From NCBI GenBank assembly GCA_964188305.1, contig OZ076888.1: a DNA stretch of 64,000 nucleotides. One strand, written 5' to 3'. The position numbers were made by a program, and so were the translations under genes. Below, in pieces: positions 24,611 to 37,995 of this stretch (the first letter of the stretch is position 1; each line of letters starts with the position of its first letter). The notes under the pieces are model-generated. The model was not told where the DNA came from. It searched no databases and saw only the letters and a list, made by a program, of their open reading frames with translations. The stretch is from Podarcis bocagei (lineage: Eukaryota).

Positions 24611-27600
24611 AATATTTTTTGTTGTTTCCAATATTAACGTTCCTGGCTAAAGAATCTTGATCAGAATTTAGATGTTCACTTTTGGAAGCACAGTCTCTTT
24701 CAAAGATCACAATTTAAAAATAAGCCTTTTTGTCTCTGTGCTGACATGTAACCAGAATGTGCTTTCACCCTCAGAAGCTTAATATTTTTGACTGTTAAGA
24801 GGGACAGCATATGGGTTTATCTGATTGATACCCAAGTCAAGAGGAGTTGAACAAGTAAGACTTTTCTCTAGGTATATCTTGAGGGGCTTGTCTGACCTCA
24901 GTGTTGGGTACACTTTGTAGAGGTTAATACACTTTGTAGATCTTTAGTGTCTGTGTTTTGCATTTTAGGGGGCGGGGATTGTGTAAATATGCCTTATGGA
25001 TAGAGTCAAACTCTAATAATTTGAAATAAAAATAAATAAAATAAAATTTGTCCGTTAGCACCTTAGAGACCAACTAAGTTTGTTCTGGGTATCAGCTTTT
25101 GTGTGCTACCTACCTGAATCTAATAATTTGGTTACTGAAAGCCCTACTCAGAACCTCATTTGCTGGGACTTACCAGAGGTTTTATCCATACCTTATAACT
25201 CTCATGGTGTCTTGCTTTTTAGTCCAAGTTATATCTCAGTCCCAACCACCTTTATTTAGAAGCAAGTTGGGTGGATTTTCTGTGAAGCTTATTTAAAAGT
25301 CAATGTGCATAGGACCATGGTTACAATCAGTTCTAGGTAGACTTGAACTTTCTTAGTTCTTAGCCCTCTTTTGCTGCATTTGAAGTTCTTATACAGTTAA
25401 AGCAACAGCATCTACCCTTCAATCTACCTTGTACTCCTGACTTCTGTTCTGACCCTTTGTGTGCTCAAACAGCACCTTGCAATACCTGTAACAAAATCCT
25501 CCAGAAGATTTCTGTCTCTGATCAGTTTCATGCTCATGAGTCATAAGACAATCTTTATTTTCCTCTAGGTGGCAAGAGAATCAACAGAAGCTATAAAAAA
25601 TAAGAGCACCTACATGTGGAATGGACACACACACACAGCACTCCCCCCCCCAACCCTTTGGGCTGGCTCATTTAAACAGATGGCTTTGTTTTGATTTGGA
25701 ATCTCCATTTTTCTTTTTCTTTTTCCTTTTTTTTTTGTCTGACGGCCGAAGGAGACCTCCAAAGTGCTGTCTGTTCAAAAAGAAGCTATACAGTGGCTTA
25801 TTCCCACACAACTCCCCGCCGGTTTTCCTTACTGCCCCCCCAATTTGAGCGAATTCCCCCCATCTTTGAGACATTCTTCACATTCTTTGCAGAGAAAAGG
25901 GGTTAAACGTCTGAATTTGGGGGTCACCATGTTATACAAATTGCAATCTAATCGTTTTTACAAGAACACACGTGTGCTAAGAAAAAGAACCCTGAACAAG
26001 AAAGACAAGGAGACAGACAGCTTGCTTTGTCCTTTCTCCCCTGAATGTTTCTTGCCATTGTCATATTGCCGTGTCTCTCTCCCTTCTTTGCCTCTGGGAG
26101 GGAGAGAGTTGGTTTGATAGTTAAATTGGCCCGTAAAGCAGAAGGGCTTGGTGCCATTTCTGTTTGTTTTCCCAAATAAAAGCCCCAGAGGGGTCTCTTT
26201 TGCACCGTTGTGGCTTTATTTGAGAAAACTGGCTTTTTCCCATAGCTAGCATGTCAGTTTATCCTCTGAACTTAACCTTACGACAACCCGGACAACAAAA
26301 AACTTCCAGGGTCTCAGAGCCAGGAAAGGTAAAGAAATTGTATCTCTTTATTGGAACCTTTAAAGTGTGTGTGGGCTAATTCAGAGTCACCAGAAGAAAA
26401 GAGGGCAAAGCTTTTTTTTCCAGCCTCGCTACCACCACTATCATTGCCACCCCTGCTGTAGCGAAATGCTTGCGTGCCTCCAGCTGGCACAGGGAGCATT
26501 ATAAGCAATGTGCTGTCCAGCGTTAACTTTTTAAAAAGTAGCCTTGTCCCAAGAATCCTGTTATGGCTACACCTCCAAGTTCTTTTCACTCTGGTTCATT
26601 TGTAAATGGTCCAGGAACACTTGTTGATTCTTTATTAATAAACTTTTAGCTGTGAGTTCATAAAAGCAGTAGACCACCTCCTGATTCTTCTCTGCTTCTC
26701 ACCATGTATGCTTTCTGTCCCTATATTATTAGCGAATCATAGGCATAAGCAACAGTGTGACTTTAAAAAAACGAATTGGAATGTATCAAAATGGAGAACT
26801 AAGGCTGGAGGGTGGGCAGTGGCAGGAATAAGCATTTGTGTAGTTTTCTGTGACTCACAGGTTTTTGTTAGTATTTTGAGAATCCTAGCTTCGTTTTAAT
26901 TAATAATTTTGGGCAACACCATCTTGGAATTACCTTTGCGAATTCAGTTCTGGTTAAAATTAAGTACCAAGTCATTTCTTAGTGGTACCACAATTCTATA
27001 TTGGCTCTGGAACATTCCAGTTTCTGACTTTTGTTGGCATGCTGTTTGCAGTTGATTGAAACAAAGCATTTGGCTGTTGAGACCCAAACAACATCTGCGA
27101 ACAATGTCCAAACGTAACTGTGCATGAAAATTTCTATCAAATTTTGGCAACGTCATTAAGCCTGCCTTGGGCATGTTTTTTTTCTACCAGTGTAGATGAT
27201 CGTGCATGGATGATACACTGGGTTAAGATCATGCACAAGTTTGCTTTAATCAGTAGTTGGGGAGCCCCCGGCTTGCAAGCCTTATTAGGCCTGCCAGGCC
27301 TCTGAATTTGGCCTGTGAGGCCATTTTGGACAAATCATTCCCATCTGTTAGTCACCTGAAGTCATATGACATCAGGTGTGGAGATTTGTTGTCTAAATAC
27401 TTAAAGGGTGCTTGCTCCTTGATGGTAAAAGCCAGCAACAGGGGCTTTTCTCAGATCTTAGCACTGTGAGATCACAGGTGAGTGACCCCATCCACCTGCC
27501 AGAAATGCAAAATGACCCATGGAAAGCGCGTTAACTGTGGATCTGGGCCTCGGGCTGAAAAAGGTTCCCCACTTTATTCTAATACATGTGCATGCAATGA

Positions 27601-30269
27601 AATAGAGGTCTGCTTGGTGATGCAGCTGTTAGACCTGAAAAGGTTAGCCACTTCTGTTTTGTCTAAACTTCTGGAAAAGAGAGAGATGAATGTGTTAACT
27701 CATCAGCATCAAAATTAGCTTCTGATACATCTAATTTGTAAATTTAAATTCATGTCAGATCTAGTGCACTGCCGCTGTTGAAATAGGTTCCTTCCTCTGA
27801 TAGTTCATTCCTAAATTTGCTGGACCTGAAAGGGCTACAATACTTCTTATGGCCTCTGTTCTCAACCCAGCTTGAATAATGGAAGACCGGGTTTGGGTAA
27901 AAAACAACAGCAACCCAGTGGAGAATTTTCAGGTCATCTCATTTTGTTCTGCCTTTTTAATCTTGGTTGTGCTGCTGATTTCCTAGTGCTAACAGTGTGG
28001 TTAGAATACTATTTCAGGAAGGGTATTATGACAAAACAGGAGAGCTGCTGGCAAACTAAATTCTATTCCCCCCTGCCAGATGACCTTGTGTATTCAGCAG
28101 TCAAACTGCAGCCTTCACCCTAGTAAGATGATGCTTGTGCCACTTGGAAGGGGCTTGAGTAGTAGCAAGAGATACAAGAGCCTCTTCCCAAGGGCATTGT
28201 TTAGAGTCGAAATGTCTCTTTGTAGTGTTGCAAACAGAAAAGCTTTTCCAGGATGAGGGTACAGTGAGTTGAACGTGAAGAGTCTTGGCTTCCTTAAAAC
28301 TAGCCATTCAACCTTTCTATGATGTGTGAAGTTGAAAGGTGATCTTTATGGAAAATGGGTGGCAGCAGAATGATTGAATTGCTCGAGCCAGGACAGACAT
28401 TACTGCAGAAATAACCACTCACACAAATGGTCTACTACTTGAACAAGTAGTGGAATGAGTAATCTACCCACACATGTAGTTATTTCTGTGGTTAAACCAG
28501 CTACAGTGGAACATATAGTTAGGGTTTGCTCTTGCCCCAGAATACCTTGACACAATGGAAGACACATAGGTAGCCTCCAAAATAAGATTCTAAAGCTGTC
28601 TCGTCCTTTATCTGGAGGAAATGGCAAACTGCTTCTCTGTTTCATCTGCGTCTAACCCCACAGTCTCTGATACAAGAAAGGTCTTGCCAGTTCTCATACA
28701 AAAAGAGTGAACAGAATTCAACAATTATTTTGATCACTGACTGCTTTTACAATTGTTGATTGCCCCTTTCCATTCAGATTTCATTTTGTGATGACACTGG
28801 CTGAAACTGAATTCTGAACTCCCTCTGCACTCTGGATAGAACACCTCTTGCATTTTCTCTTCCTTGCGGCTAGATTTTAATGCGTGTTTGTTTGTTTTTT
28901 GATTGCTTTTATCTGAATCAGTTTGTGTATAGGCCTACTAAACTTTTCAGACTACTCCATGCATCTGATGAAGTCTATGAAAGGTGACGACACAATATAG
29001 TTCTTACAGGGGAGAGACTCTAGTGTTTGTTGCGACAGAGTGATACGGGCACCCCTTTGGAAATCATTTTGTTCATAAATGAGAGGGCTCAGGGTCAAGT
29101 CTAAGCAGAAGAGGTTGAACAGTCCCCATCTGCCAGCACATTTTGATGTTATCCTTTCCCAGCCTGGAAGGTAGGTGAGGTGCTGATGGAGAAGTCGTGT
29201 CTCAGACACAAAAAAGAATGAGTGGGTGAGTAAGTAAATGTAGCAGTTGTAAGTGCTACATATCTCATGTCAGGATAAAGGGTGGAGAGCTCCTGTGGAT
29301 GCATCTGCAGACTTGAGAGCTCATTTGCACTAAGAGATCCTCCTTACAAATGGGAATGTAGTTTATACCACCTTTAGAAGTGCTTTCAGATTGAAATGCC
29401 TCCATATCCACACACCCCACCCAAAAGTGCCTTGCAACATGTCCTTAGCTCCCTGGGTATCTTCTCAGTGTTACAGTTTCAGACAAAAAGAGCTGTTGGA
29501 AGGCTCTGTTCGTATAGTACCACTTGGGGCAGCATTTTTCATAGAAACCTTGGGTTCAGCAAGCATCCCCATGGGATTCTGCAAAATGTTACAGCCTCCC
29601 ATCTTAGGCGTTTTGCTTTGCCCTCTCATGCTGGCCAGACATCTGCGGTCCAATAGTGGGAAGTGTCCACAAATAACACATGGCCTGAGTTTGTCTCATG
29701 ACATACTGTATATTGCAAAATTCACCAAGCTCAAGTCTTGACACTGAAAGCTTAATGAAGTCTTGGAAATACGTTTGTGAACATTCTTGTCCCATGATGT
29801 TGAATAATTCCAAGTAATGATTAGTTATTGCAAACTTTTGCCTTTGAATTTTGTAATAGTTTAAAAATGTTTTTATTTCACTTTCCAGGAGGGGGAGCTT
29901 GTTACAGGGCTTGCTCAACAAAAAGGGTTGAAAACCACTGGCTTAGGGTATGTTACACACTGCACAAGTCAGGAATGGGCTTCTTTTAAGTTATAGATTC
30001 TTTTTAGGGGAACTGCTTGTACATCTCTTCCATCCAAATGTGGTGCTACTCATGCTGTATCAAGGGAGAAAAACCGCATTCCAATTCTGTTCTCCTTATT
30101 GGCATTTGTCAAGAGCTTTTTTCTTCTTTTTTACAACTTGGAAAGTTTTTCACTAATGTGAGTGTAGGAGAGGAAAGCTTGTTTGCAGTTCAGCCATGAT
30201 CGAAGGAGCATTTTTCAGGCAACTCTGTCAGTCACACAACCGCAGTATAATCGCAGTGATATGTGGTCA

Positions 30270-30415
30270 AATAGCTCAGTTATCAGCATGGTGCTGGTAA
30301 CCACATTTGCAGGTTCGATCCCCATATGGGACAACTGTATATTCCTGCATTGCAGGGGGGCTGGACTAGATGATCCTCAGGGTCCCTTCCAATTCTATGC
30401 TTCTATGAATTCTAC
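30270..30415 (+). mobile_element. tRNA-head SINE with CR1-like 3' tail (Squam2-like)
   Basis: AGCTCAGT...GGTTCGATCCCC head (A/B boxes) and GGACTAGATGATCCTC..GGTCCCTTCCAATTCTATG CR1-type tail. Confidence 0.7.
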
Positions 30416-33400
30416 GACTTTTGGATCAGTTTGGACAGGCAAGCCTCAACTTATCAGGATGTTCTTGCCCAGGAGTTAAAGGACCATCCTTTCAGGTGTT
30501 CCTCCTTTTGAGAGACAGGAAATCCTCTTCATATCTTGAGGTTCTGCATTTCAAGAGCCGGGCTAAGGAATATGGCAAAGCCAGAGAAGCAAAGCCAGGT
30601 CTCTTGAGAGCTCCCAATGTGTGGTGATATAGTTGCCTCTGTATGCTTCCATATACATCTGGCCAGCATCCTTAAGTAGGATGCCTAAGTATAGCTCCCA
30701 CTAACCTCATTTCCCCCAGCTCCTCCTCTGAATTGCAAAGCGGGGCAGTTTTCTTTGTTTTTGTTTTGGCTAGGAGTCCCTCTTTCTTTAGATGATGGGT
30801 CCCCTGCCTCTTACTCCTGCCCTGATCCTGCAAACGTCTTCCCCTCATCTACCTCTAGCTGCATATTGTATAGAGCAGGTGGGCTACACTCCTTCCCTCC
30901 AAGGGTTAATGTTTTAAGAACTTGTCCAGCAATTCCCTGCCTTGAGAAACACAAAGTGCAATAACACAGCACCCCTGGATTCAGGTTTTGTGGGTGGGTC
31001 GGGGGGGGGAGGGATGAGGATTAATTCCTGCACTTGATGTTAAAGCTTGCCCAAGAGGTTTGCCTTGGGGGGAGCATCGCTAGGGCCGACTGGTTGTGTT
31101 AAATGGTTGCTAAGGCCTTGGCATTACGGCCCGATGGAGTGTTCCACAGTCACGGTCACGGAGGGAATTACACAGCCACAAAGAAATTGTTATTCTCCGT
31201 AATCTGCTTTTTGGAGAGTGACTGGGGGAGATGGGCCGGCCCCAGCAGGCCGCCGGTGCTGTGATCATGGAAGCGTGTTGGCTCTGGCTAGCAGGGCAGG
31301 GCTCACCTTCTGATCTGGGGGACAGCAGTGCTGCTGGTGCTAATCTGCTTTCTCAGCAATTTTGCTCCTCTGACACAACGGTGTTTACTTGTTTGAACAT
31401 CTCCCGGGACTCTATTTCGCCTATTGTGTGGTCTTTATCCCCCCCACCCCCGATGGGGCTTTAGCACAGATTACAGATGGAATTAAGGCCTCTGGCTCGG
31501 GTGCCCCAGAAAGACTGATACGGGATCAAGGAGCAGAAAGTAACAAAATAACTGGGAGGAGGGGGAGGCACTAGTTGCTTCAGGGAGTGGGGCTGCATTG
31601 TCCCACGGAGCGAGAGCCAGTGCGGCAGCCTGAAAAGCAGGCGCTCGGTGCTTTGTGACCAGTTCTGATTAGACCGTTAGGGAGGAGGAGAAGGGCTGGG
31701 AACATGTGGGTCTTTAGTGGCTGAATGGGCTTCATTGGACACTGTTGTCTGAGTGGTAGTGAGAACTGTGGCAGCCCGGCTTTCTCTTGCAAGGGAGGTG
31801 GATTAGGAGCATGTATTAATTAATCAGAGAGCCCTGTGCTAGACAGACCTTGTAGCTGTAATGAAGGAAGGGAACTACTCAGCTGTCTTATTCAGCCTCT
31901 TATTCTTTGCAATCCTTTTGCCTTTCGTGCCCATTTGGTCCTTAACTGTCTCCTGATATAAAGTTGCATTCTCATTCCTTTATGGAAATGCCTCCTGAAT
32001 AAGGTGGGGCATTGCAGAAGCAGCTCCTCTCCTTCCAGTTTAGTGATGGGGAAGTGGCTGCAGAAAGTTCTGCAACCCGAGCCATGTCTGTGAGACTGGG
32101 TCCCTGTGAAAGCAGCCTCAGGTGGCTTTTCATCTAAAGTGAGCCTGCTCAATAGACTGATTCAGATCATGGGAATGAACACAGCCTGCCTTTCAGTGTT
32201 GGTTGTGTGATGTGGGGACACTTAAAAACAACAACGATATGGTCCATCCCCAGTCCTCCCCAATTTTAGCCGTATCATGCTTCCCCCCTCCCCCCCGAAG
32301 GCTGCCATGAGAGATAAGCTGACATGAAAGATAGGGGACTGCTGTATCCTGTGTAATTTGAGCACTAGAAAAAGTCTAGATAGTTCCCTTGGGCATTGTT
32401 GTCTTGCAATGCTAAGAGTTCACGACAGAGCAGGTTGAAATGCTTTCATGATAATGATGGAAGTGCAGTGAATGCTGTCATCTCTAACACTAACATTACA
32501 TGCAAGAGGCTGGCTGGAAGAAGGGAACCAATCTAGGTGAACTGAAAGAAAGGGTTTACTGAAAACAAAAAGCATATCTGGAGTACAGATGCAGTACAAC
32601 CCATCTAGGTGAGAACAAAATAAAAAAAGGAAATGAGTCTTGGAGAAATGGAGTTGCTTTTCAGTACTGCAGAGATGCTGCCTAAAAATGCAGAAAATGT
32701 TTCCCATGAGAAGAATCCTTCACTCATTCAGAGTTGGACAGATCAGAAACCAAGGGCAGCTTTACTCATCACATGGCAGCAAATATCGTTTTTGCCATGT
32801 ATGTGCAACAAAGGGAGTCAAGGCTTCCTAGCAATTTTCAGGGTACACATGCTTCCAAACACTGGACTTTTTTTTTGCCAAGTTCATGCTTTACATTCTC
32901 AGGTATACAAGTAACCATTTTACATGAATGCTGGGGGCGGGGGGGGGGGGAGTAACAGGCAAAAGCTTCCTAAACAATTGAGCTGTAGAATGCAGCTCAC
33001 TGCTATGGTCCACAGTCTTCATGAAAACCTGCTTTCCGTTCTGAACTCTTGCATTTACAATTGATCAGTGATCTTCCAGCCATAATGTGGGATTGCACTG
33101 ATTGAGTGTCTCCTTCCTTGCTGTGCTGGTATTTGTAGACAAGAGAGGATTGCTTAGGGCTATTAGCACAAAGACAAAATACATAGAACCCTTGGAGAAG
33201 CACAATTGTTTCCAGCACATGCTGTTTTCCACTATATCAAGTAAGTGTTCCTTCAGTCTACCAGGGAGGTCTTTTGCGTGAGTCTTTGTTTGTCAAGGAT
33301 AGTAGTGCTCTCAACAAAGATTTATTTTCTGACACAGTTGTACGTCTTGCTGTTCACAAAGTGGTTGCCCTCTCTGCCAAGGAAGCCCCAAATTGTTATG

Positions 33401-33865
33401 GCTAGATATAGAAGCAGAGTGCTAAGAAAATAATACCAGAGGGAGAATTATACTACAGCCAAGCATATATACCCCTTCATATTTACAGAGATCTTCTAAT
33501 GACCACTAATGTGGTGTCTATGGATTCCACAACTAGTATATTATCTAAATTAATCTCCATCTTTGCTAATATAAGGGCTGCTTACCAGTGCTCTTTGCTT
33601 TACAGAAAAACAGTTTAGTGTGAGAGGTAGATTTGAGTAACGGCTTTTATACTTTCAAAGGAAAAATGGCTATTATTTATTTGTCCTGGTAGGCAACCTG
33701 TGCTCTTTTTCTTTTAAAAAAACTGGATACAAACTAACCTGCACTTGAATGATCCTTCAACACTTTCATTTCATTAATCTTCCCTGACAGAAGAACTGCA
33801 TCAAAACAGAAACCTAACATATGTAATAAAAAGATGTTCAGTACCATAATCGGTTCTCTTTTCAG

Positions 33866-34006
33866 TGGGCAACTAGTTTCCTGCCTTGGAACAGACTTCC
33901 ATCGAGGAGCTGGAGTCCTGGATGTTTTCTATGAAACACCTTCCACCTTGCTGTCTTGTGGGTATGATACCTATATCCGATACTGGGATTTACGGACGAG
34001 CACAAG
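33866..34006 (+). CDS. FBXW4: FBXW4 coding exon (probably exon 7), WD40 repeat
   Basis: ttttcag|tGGGCAA...AGCACAAG|gtcagt; translates GQLVSCLGTDFHRGAGVLDVFYETPSTLLSCGYDTYIRYWDLRTST(R); 141 bp. Confidence 0.95.
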
Positions 34007-34168
34007 GTCAGTCTTGCAGCCTATTTATCAAAGCTGGTTGGAAAAACTTTGGTTGCTAATTTCCTGGGTGTCTTGCTCTGACATTCCAGGCTACCCATAA
34101 GGACGGGTGATCCAGTATGTGGAAAAGAATGCTCTAAAGGTCTTTTGTGACATTTTTCTCCCCAAAAG

Positions 34169-34310
34169 GGAATGTGTCAAACAATGGGAAGAGCCTCATG
34201 ACAGTGCCCTATACTGCATTAGGAGCAATGGGAATCACATGATTGCAAGTGGATCTTCTTATTATGGCGTGGTCCGTCTTTGGGATAAGCGACAAACCAG
34301 GTGCTTACAG
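34169..34310 (+). CDS. FBXW4: FBXW4 coding exon (probably exon 8), WD40 repeat
   Basis: ccccaaaag|gGAATGT...TTACAG|gtaagt; translates ECVKQWEEPHDSALYCIRSNGNHMIASGSSYYGVVRLWDKRQTRCLQ; 142 bp. Confidence 0.95.
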
Positions 34311-35293
34311 GTAAGTAATCACCATTATGTTTCCAAAAGTTGGTAAAAGGGGAACTATATCAAGTTTCCCGTACAGGGACTAAGGTTGTGGAGATGTGGA
34401 GATGTGGGTCACTTCTGCTCATTCCTGATTGCTTTACGTAAACAGTAATAGATGGGAGTTCAAATACCTACTCAGCCATGAAGCTTAGTAACTTGTTCAG
34501 TGCTGGTTGGTTGGCATCCGTCTGTCTCGAGACACAGTGGAGTGTGCCTTCGGGGGTGAAGTCCAACCACTGCATTAGCAGCACCAAAGTGACCTCCCTG
34601 GGGCACAAGCCTGCTACACACTAATTTTTGGCTGGGGGACGGGAATTGTGTTTGTCACCTTGAGCTCCAGAAGGGTGGGATACAGATGTTCTTACAGGAC
34701 CGAAACAAGCCTGCCAGCTGCTCCATATTGTCATAGTACTAGGACAAGGAATTGTGTTTATGACTTCATGAGACCAGGTACAGGTTTTAAATGCTGACAT
34801 GCTGTTTTGTGCTGGTTTTTAGGCAGGAAACTGAACTGATTCATTTTTAATGTTTTAATATTTTTAAAGTTTTCATTGTTTGAACTCTGTGTGAACTGCC
34901 CAGGGGACTTTGCTGATTGGGCAATCAAGAAGTGTTCTAAATAAATGAATGCAAATTAACTGGGAGAGCAAGGAATTGCCTATGGGGATCTGATACAACA
35001 GCTTTGGGTTCAGTCAAACTCCAAAGATGTCAGTAGGAATATATCTGTGTAGTGGCGATTTCTCAAGCTATTGCTGCCACTTTGAGCTGGTCTCATTCAG
35101 AAAGACAATTGGCAGTGCCCTCACTGTTGCTTCATCTCAGTTCTGTTATCTTCTTGCTATGATGCAGATGCAGATTTACAGGATGCAATGGAATTTTGTG
35201 GGTGCTGGATGATTGCCATCTTATCACTGGCTCTCATTCCTGAATAACAGAAATCACCTATCTAGGAGGATCTTTTATCTTTTTTCTTTACAG

Positions 35294-35410
35294 AGCTTCT
35301 ACTTGTCATCACCCACCAGCAGTCCTGTGTATTGCCTGCGCTTCAGCACCACTCATCTCTATGCCACCCTGGCATCTGCCCTGTATGCCCTTGATTTTAC
35401 TACCTTCTGA
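35294..35410 (+). CDS. FBXW4: FBXW4 terminal coding exon (probably exon 9)
   Basis: tttctttacag|AGCTTC...TTC TGA; translates SFYLSSPTSSPVYCLRFSTTHLYATLASALYALDFTTF*, matching the FBXW4 C-terminal SSPVYCLR...HLYA...LDF pattern. Confidence 0.94.
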   Translation, partial: SFYLSSPTSSPVYCLRFSTTHLYATLASALYALDFTTF

Positions 35411-35914
35411 TGGAGATTGGCTTGGACTGCAGATATAATACCCAGCTCAGGGAGCACAAAAAGGAAATGATTACCTTGACAGAACAAGCAGCCTGAAACT
35501 CACACTAAGTGCTATGGGGGAACCCAAGGAAGGAATGTTCACCTGCCTTCTGGTTCCATTAAAGGCTAATGTCTCCTTGCCTCGTTTTATTTTGCACATT
35601 TTGGGGTTCTGTGTTGCATTTTAATTTATTTGAAGGCATTATTCAGCTTGGCGACTTGTGCATTCTCTTTTGCTATCACCATAGATTCTGTTTGGGCCTC
35701 TGAATGCTGCAAGCCAACCATTCTTCATGTTTTGGATTTAGTTTAGGAGGATGGGACTAGCTGCTTACTTCACTGACTCTCATCACTGCCACATAAATGG
35801 ACACTGGGCTATAAGACCAAAGCCTTAGATTACTCTGTGCAAATTGTACCAATTTTTAACTGGCTGCATACAAGGAGTGCTGCACTAGAAAGGTGTTGTC
35901 AGGTCAATGTGCTA

Positions 35915-36032
35915 AATAAATTTTACAATGGGAAGAAAGAATGTGAGTTCAAAACCAGTGACTGACTAATAGCTGTATAATTTGAATAGATTCCTAGGAT
36001 CAAATGCATTGATTTGCTTACCTAAAAATAAA
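35915..36032 (+). terminator. Candidate FBXW4 polyadenylation signals (AATAAA at 35915-35920 and 36027-36032)
   Basis: Two canonical hexamers 0.5-0.6 kb downstream of the FBXW4 stop codon. Which one is used cannot be determined from sequence. Confidence 0.55.
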
Positions 36033-37458
36033 GTTATTTCTACAGCTGTAACTTTTGAAACAATGAACTACATCAGGCACATCCAACTCCCAAGAGACTG
36101 CGATCTACTCCCAGTATAAAATAACTGGCAATGATCTACCCATTGTCAATGGAGGTGTTGAGCTTTTTTTTTGAGGGGGGAGGAAAAAAGACAATCAGGG
36201 GGGGAAATCATTAAAAGGGTGCATATCTCACACTGTGATACAGCTAACATTAATTTCGCTTTCCCGCAACAGTCACTGCTGCTGCGGTGCCAACGAAGGG
36301 ACCTAGCGCCTGCAGTCCATTAAGGGGACATTACTTGCCTGCGATTGACCGCAATCTACTAGGATGTTTTTCTCCGAGAACTTTGTGCAACATCCATTCC
36401 TGGTTACTTCTAAGAGTAGGACACAACAGGGGGAAAGTAGCCAAGTACCCTAGCCCGTCAGCCACTCCCAACAAACATCTGTTTGTGACACGTTCCTTGA
36501 TCATCCTATCTCCAGCCTTCCATTAAGATATACAGTCCTAACAAATTCAGTGAGCGACACTGAGAAATCAGCATGCTTAGGAGAGAACCCAAAGGTTAAA
36601 AGATCTTCAGGAATACAAAAATTTATAGGGCAGCCCCCAGCAGCAACTCATTGAGGACTGAGCATGCCTAGCCAAAGAATATTGAATGTCCAATGAGGGG
36701 GAAATGGCTGGACCGCTGAACAGCAGCTCTACAGACTATAACATTTTGTTGCAAGTAACCTTGTTGGTTCTATTTGCCATTAGTATAGCAGAGTTATATG
36801 GAAACTAGGAAAGGCTGTGCTTTTAAGGTTTGTGAACCTGCAGCTTAAAGATAATCATCTACCTTTTGCCTGTTGTGTGCCTGGCCTATGTTGTTGTTTA
36901 ATTAAAAAATTCTAGCCATTATTCACGTATAAAATTGGGATCAGGCTGGGAGGGATATAGTTTTCATAGAAGAATGACAGAATAGACAGATATTGTTACA
37001 AGATCAGGTTATTCTTCCACGCATACGGGATTGAGAAACCAGCATAGAAATTTGAACATTTGCTTTTATTAAAATGAAATTGATACCTTCAATAGTGGTA
37101 CAAACTGGCATAAATGATATACTGAGAGAGGTCAAAGTATTGAGAGCTCAGAATATACACGTTCTAGGGCAAAGGCAGTGGGAAAAAATCCTTTATGCTC
37201 TGTTTGAAACAGGTTGGGTGTTCAGTTTGAGGGGCAACTGCGGGCAGCTGACACTGTCAGCTGGAAAACTATGTAAGATATGCTTACTTGGTTCTTGCAC
37301 TTCCTTTTATATCAACTTTAAATGCTATTGCATGCAGTAGGAGAAGTAATGCTACTCATCTTTTTTCTGGGACCTCTCTCCTGCCATATTCTTGAAGACA
37401 AAGACACAAATTTTTAGAACGTTTAAAGTAATTCATAGTGCTATAGAGGATGCATATA

Positions 37459-37793
37459 CCATATTGGCCTGAGTATAAGCCTCACTCCCCCCCCCCCCAA
37501 TTCCGACTGTGAAAAGTGAAAGCGCAGCTTATATTCACGACCTTACAGTATGCAGCCAGGAGTGTGAGGCAAACAGCGCCAGGAGCGCAGCATAGTGGTG
37601 CCCGCCCCATATGTAGTCCCCCAAGGCTGGGAAGGGAGAGAGGGAGGAAGGGCAATGCAGCACGGCTCCCCCCCCCCCCCAGTATGCAGCCAGCAGCAAC
37701 GAGGAATGGAGCAGCTGATATTTGGGCATTTTTCTCTTTTTTTCTACCTCCCCTCCAATTTTAAAGGTGCGGCTTATATTCAGGCCAATATGG
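37459..37793. mobile_element. Tc1/mariner-type MITE between FBXW4 and DPCD
   Basis: TA|CCATATTGGCCTGAGTATAAGCC ... GGCTTATATTCAGGCCAATATGG: 23-bp TIR with 1 mismatch; the right-hand TA is mutated. Confidence 0.75.
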
Positions 37794-37989
37794 GAGTTTT
37801 GGCTCCCCGAGAATTGTAATTAGCACACATACAAAGACGTCAACTCCTAAGAGACTGGTGCTTCTCACCTGTGCTGGACACCAGCAGGCTGATGGGGAGC
37901 TCTAAAAGTTTTGCGAGAAAGCTCTTTCAGAATCTACAAACTCAGGTAACTTAAGTCCTTCCCCAAAAAGTTTGTCTCCAATCATCTCC

Positions 37990-37995
37990 TTTATT
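37990..37995 (-). terminator. DPCD polyadenylation signal (AATAAA on - strand)
   Basis: TTTATT on the + strand, about 48 nt downstream of the DPCD stop codon. Confidence 0.65.
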
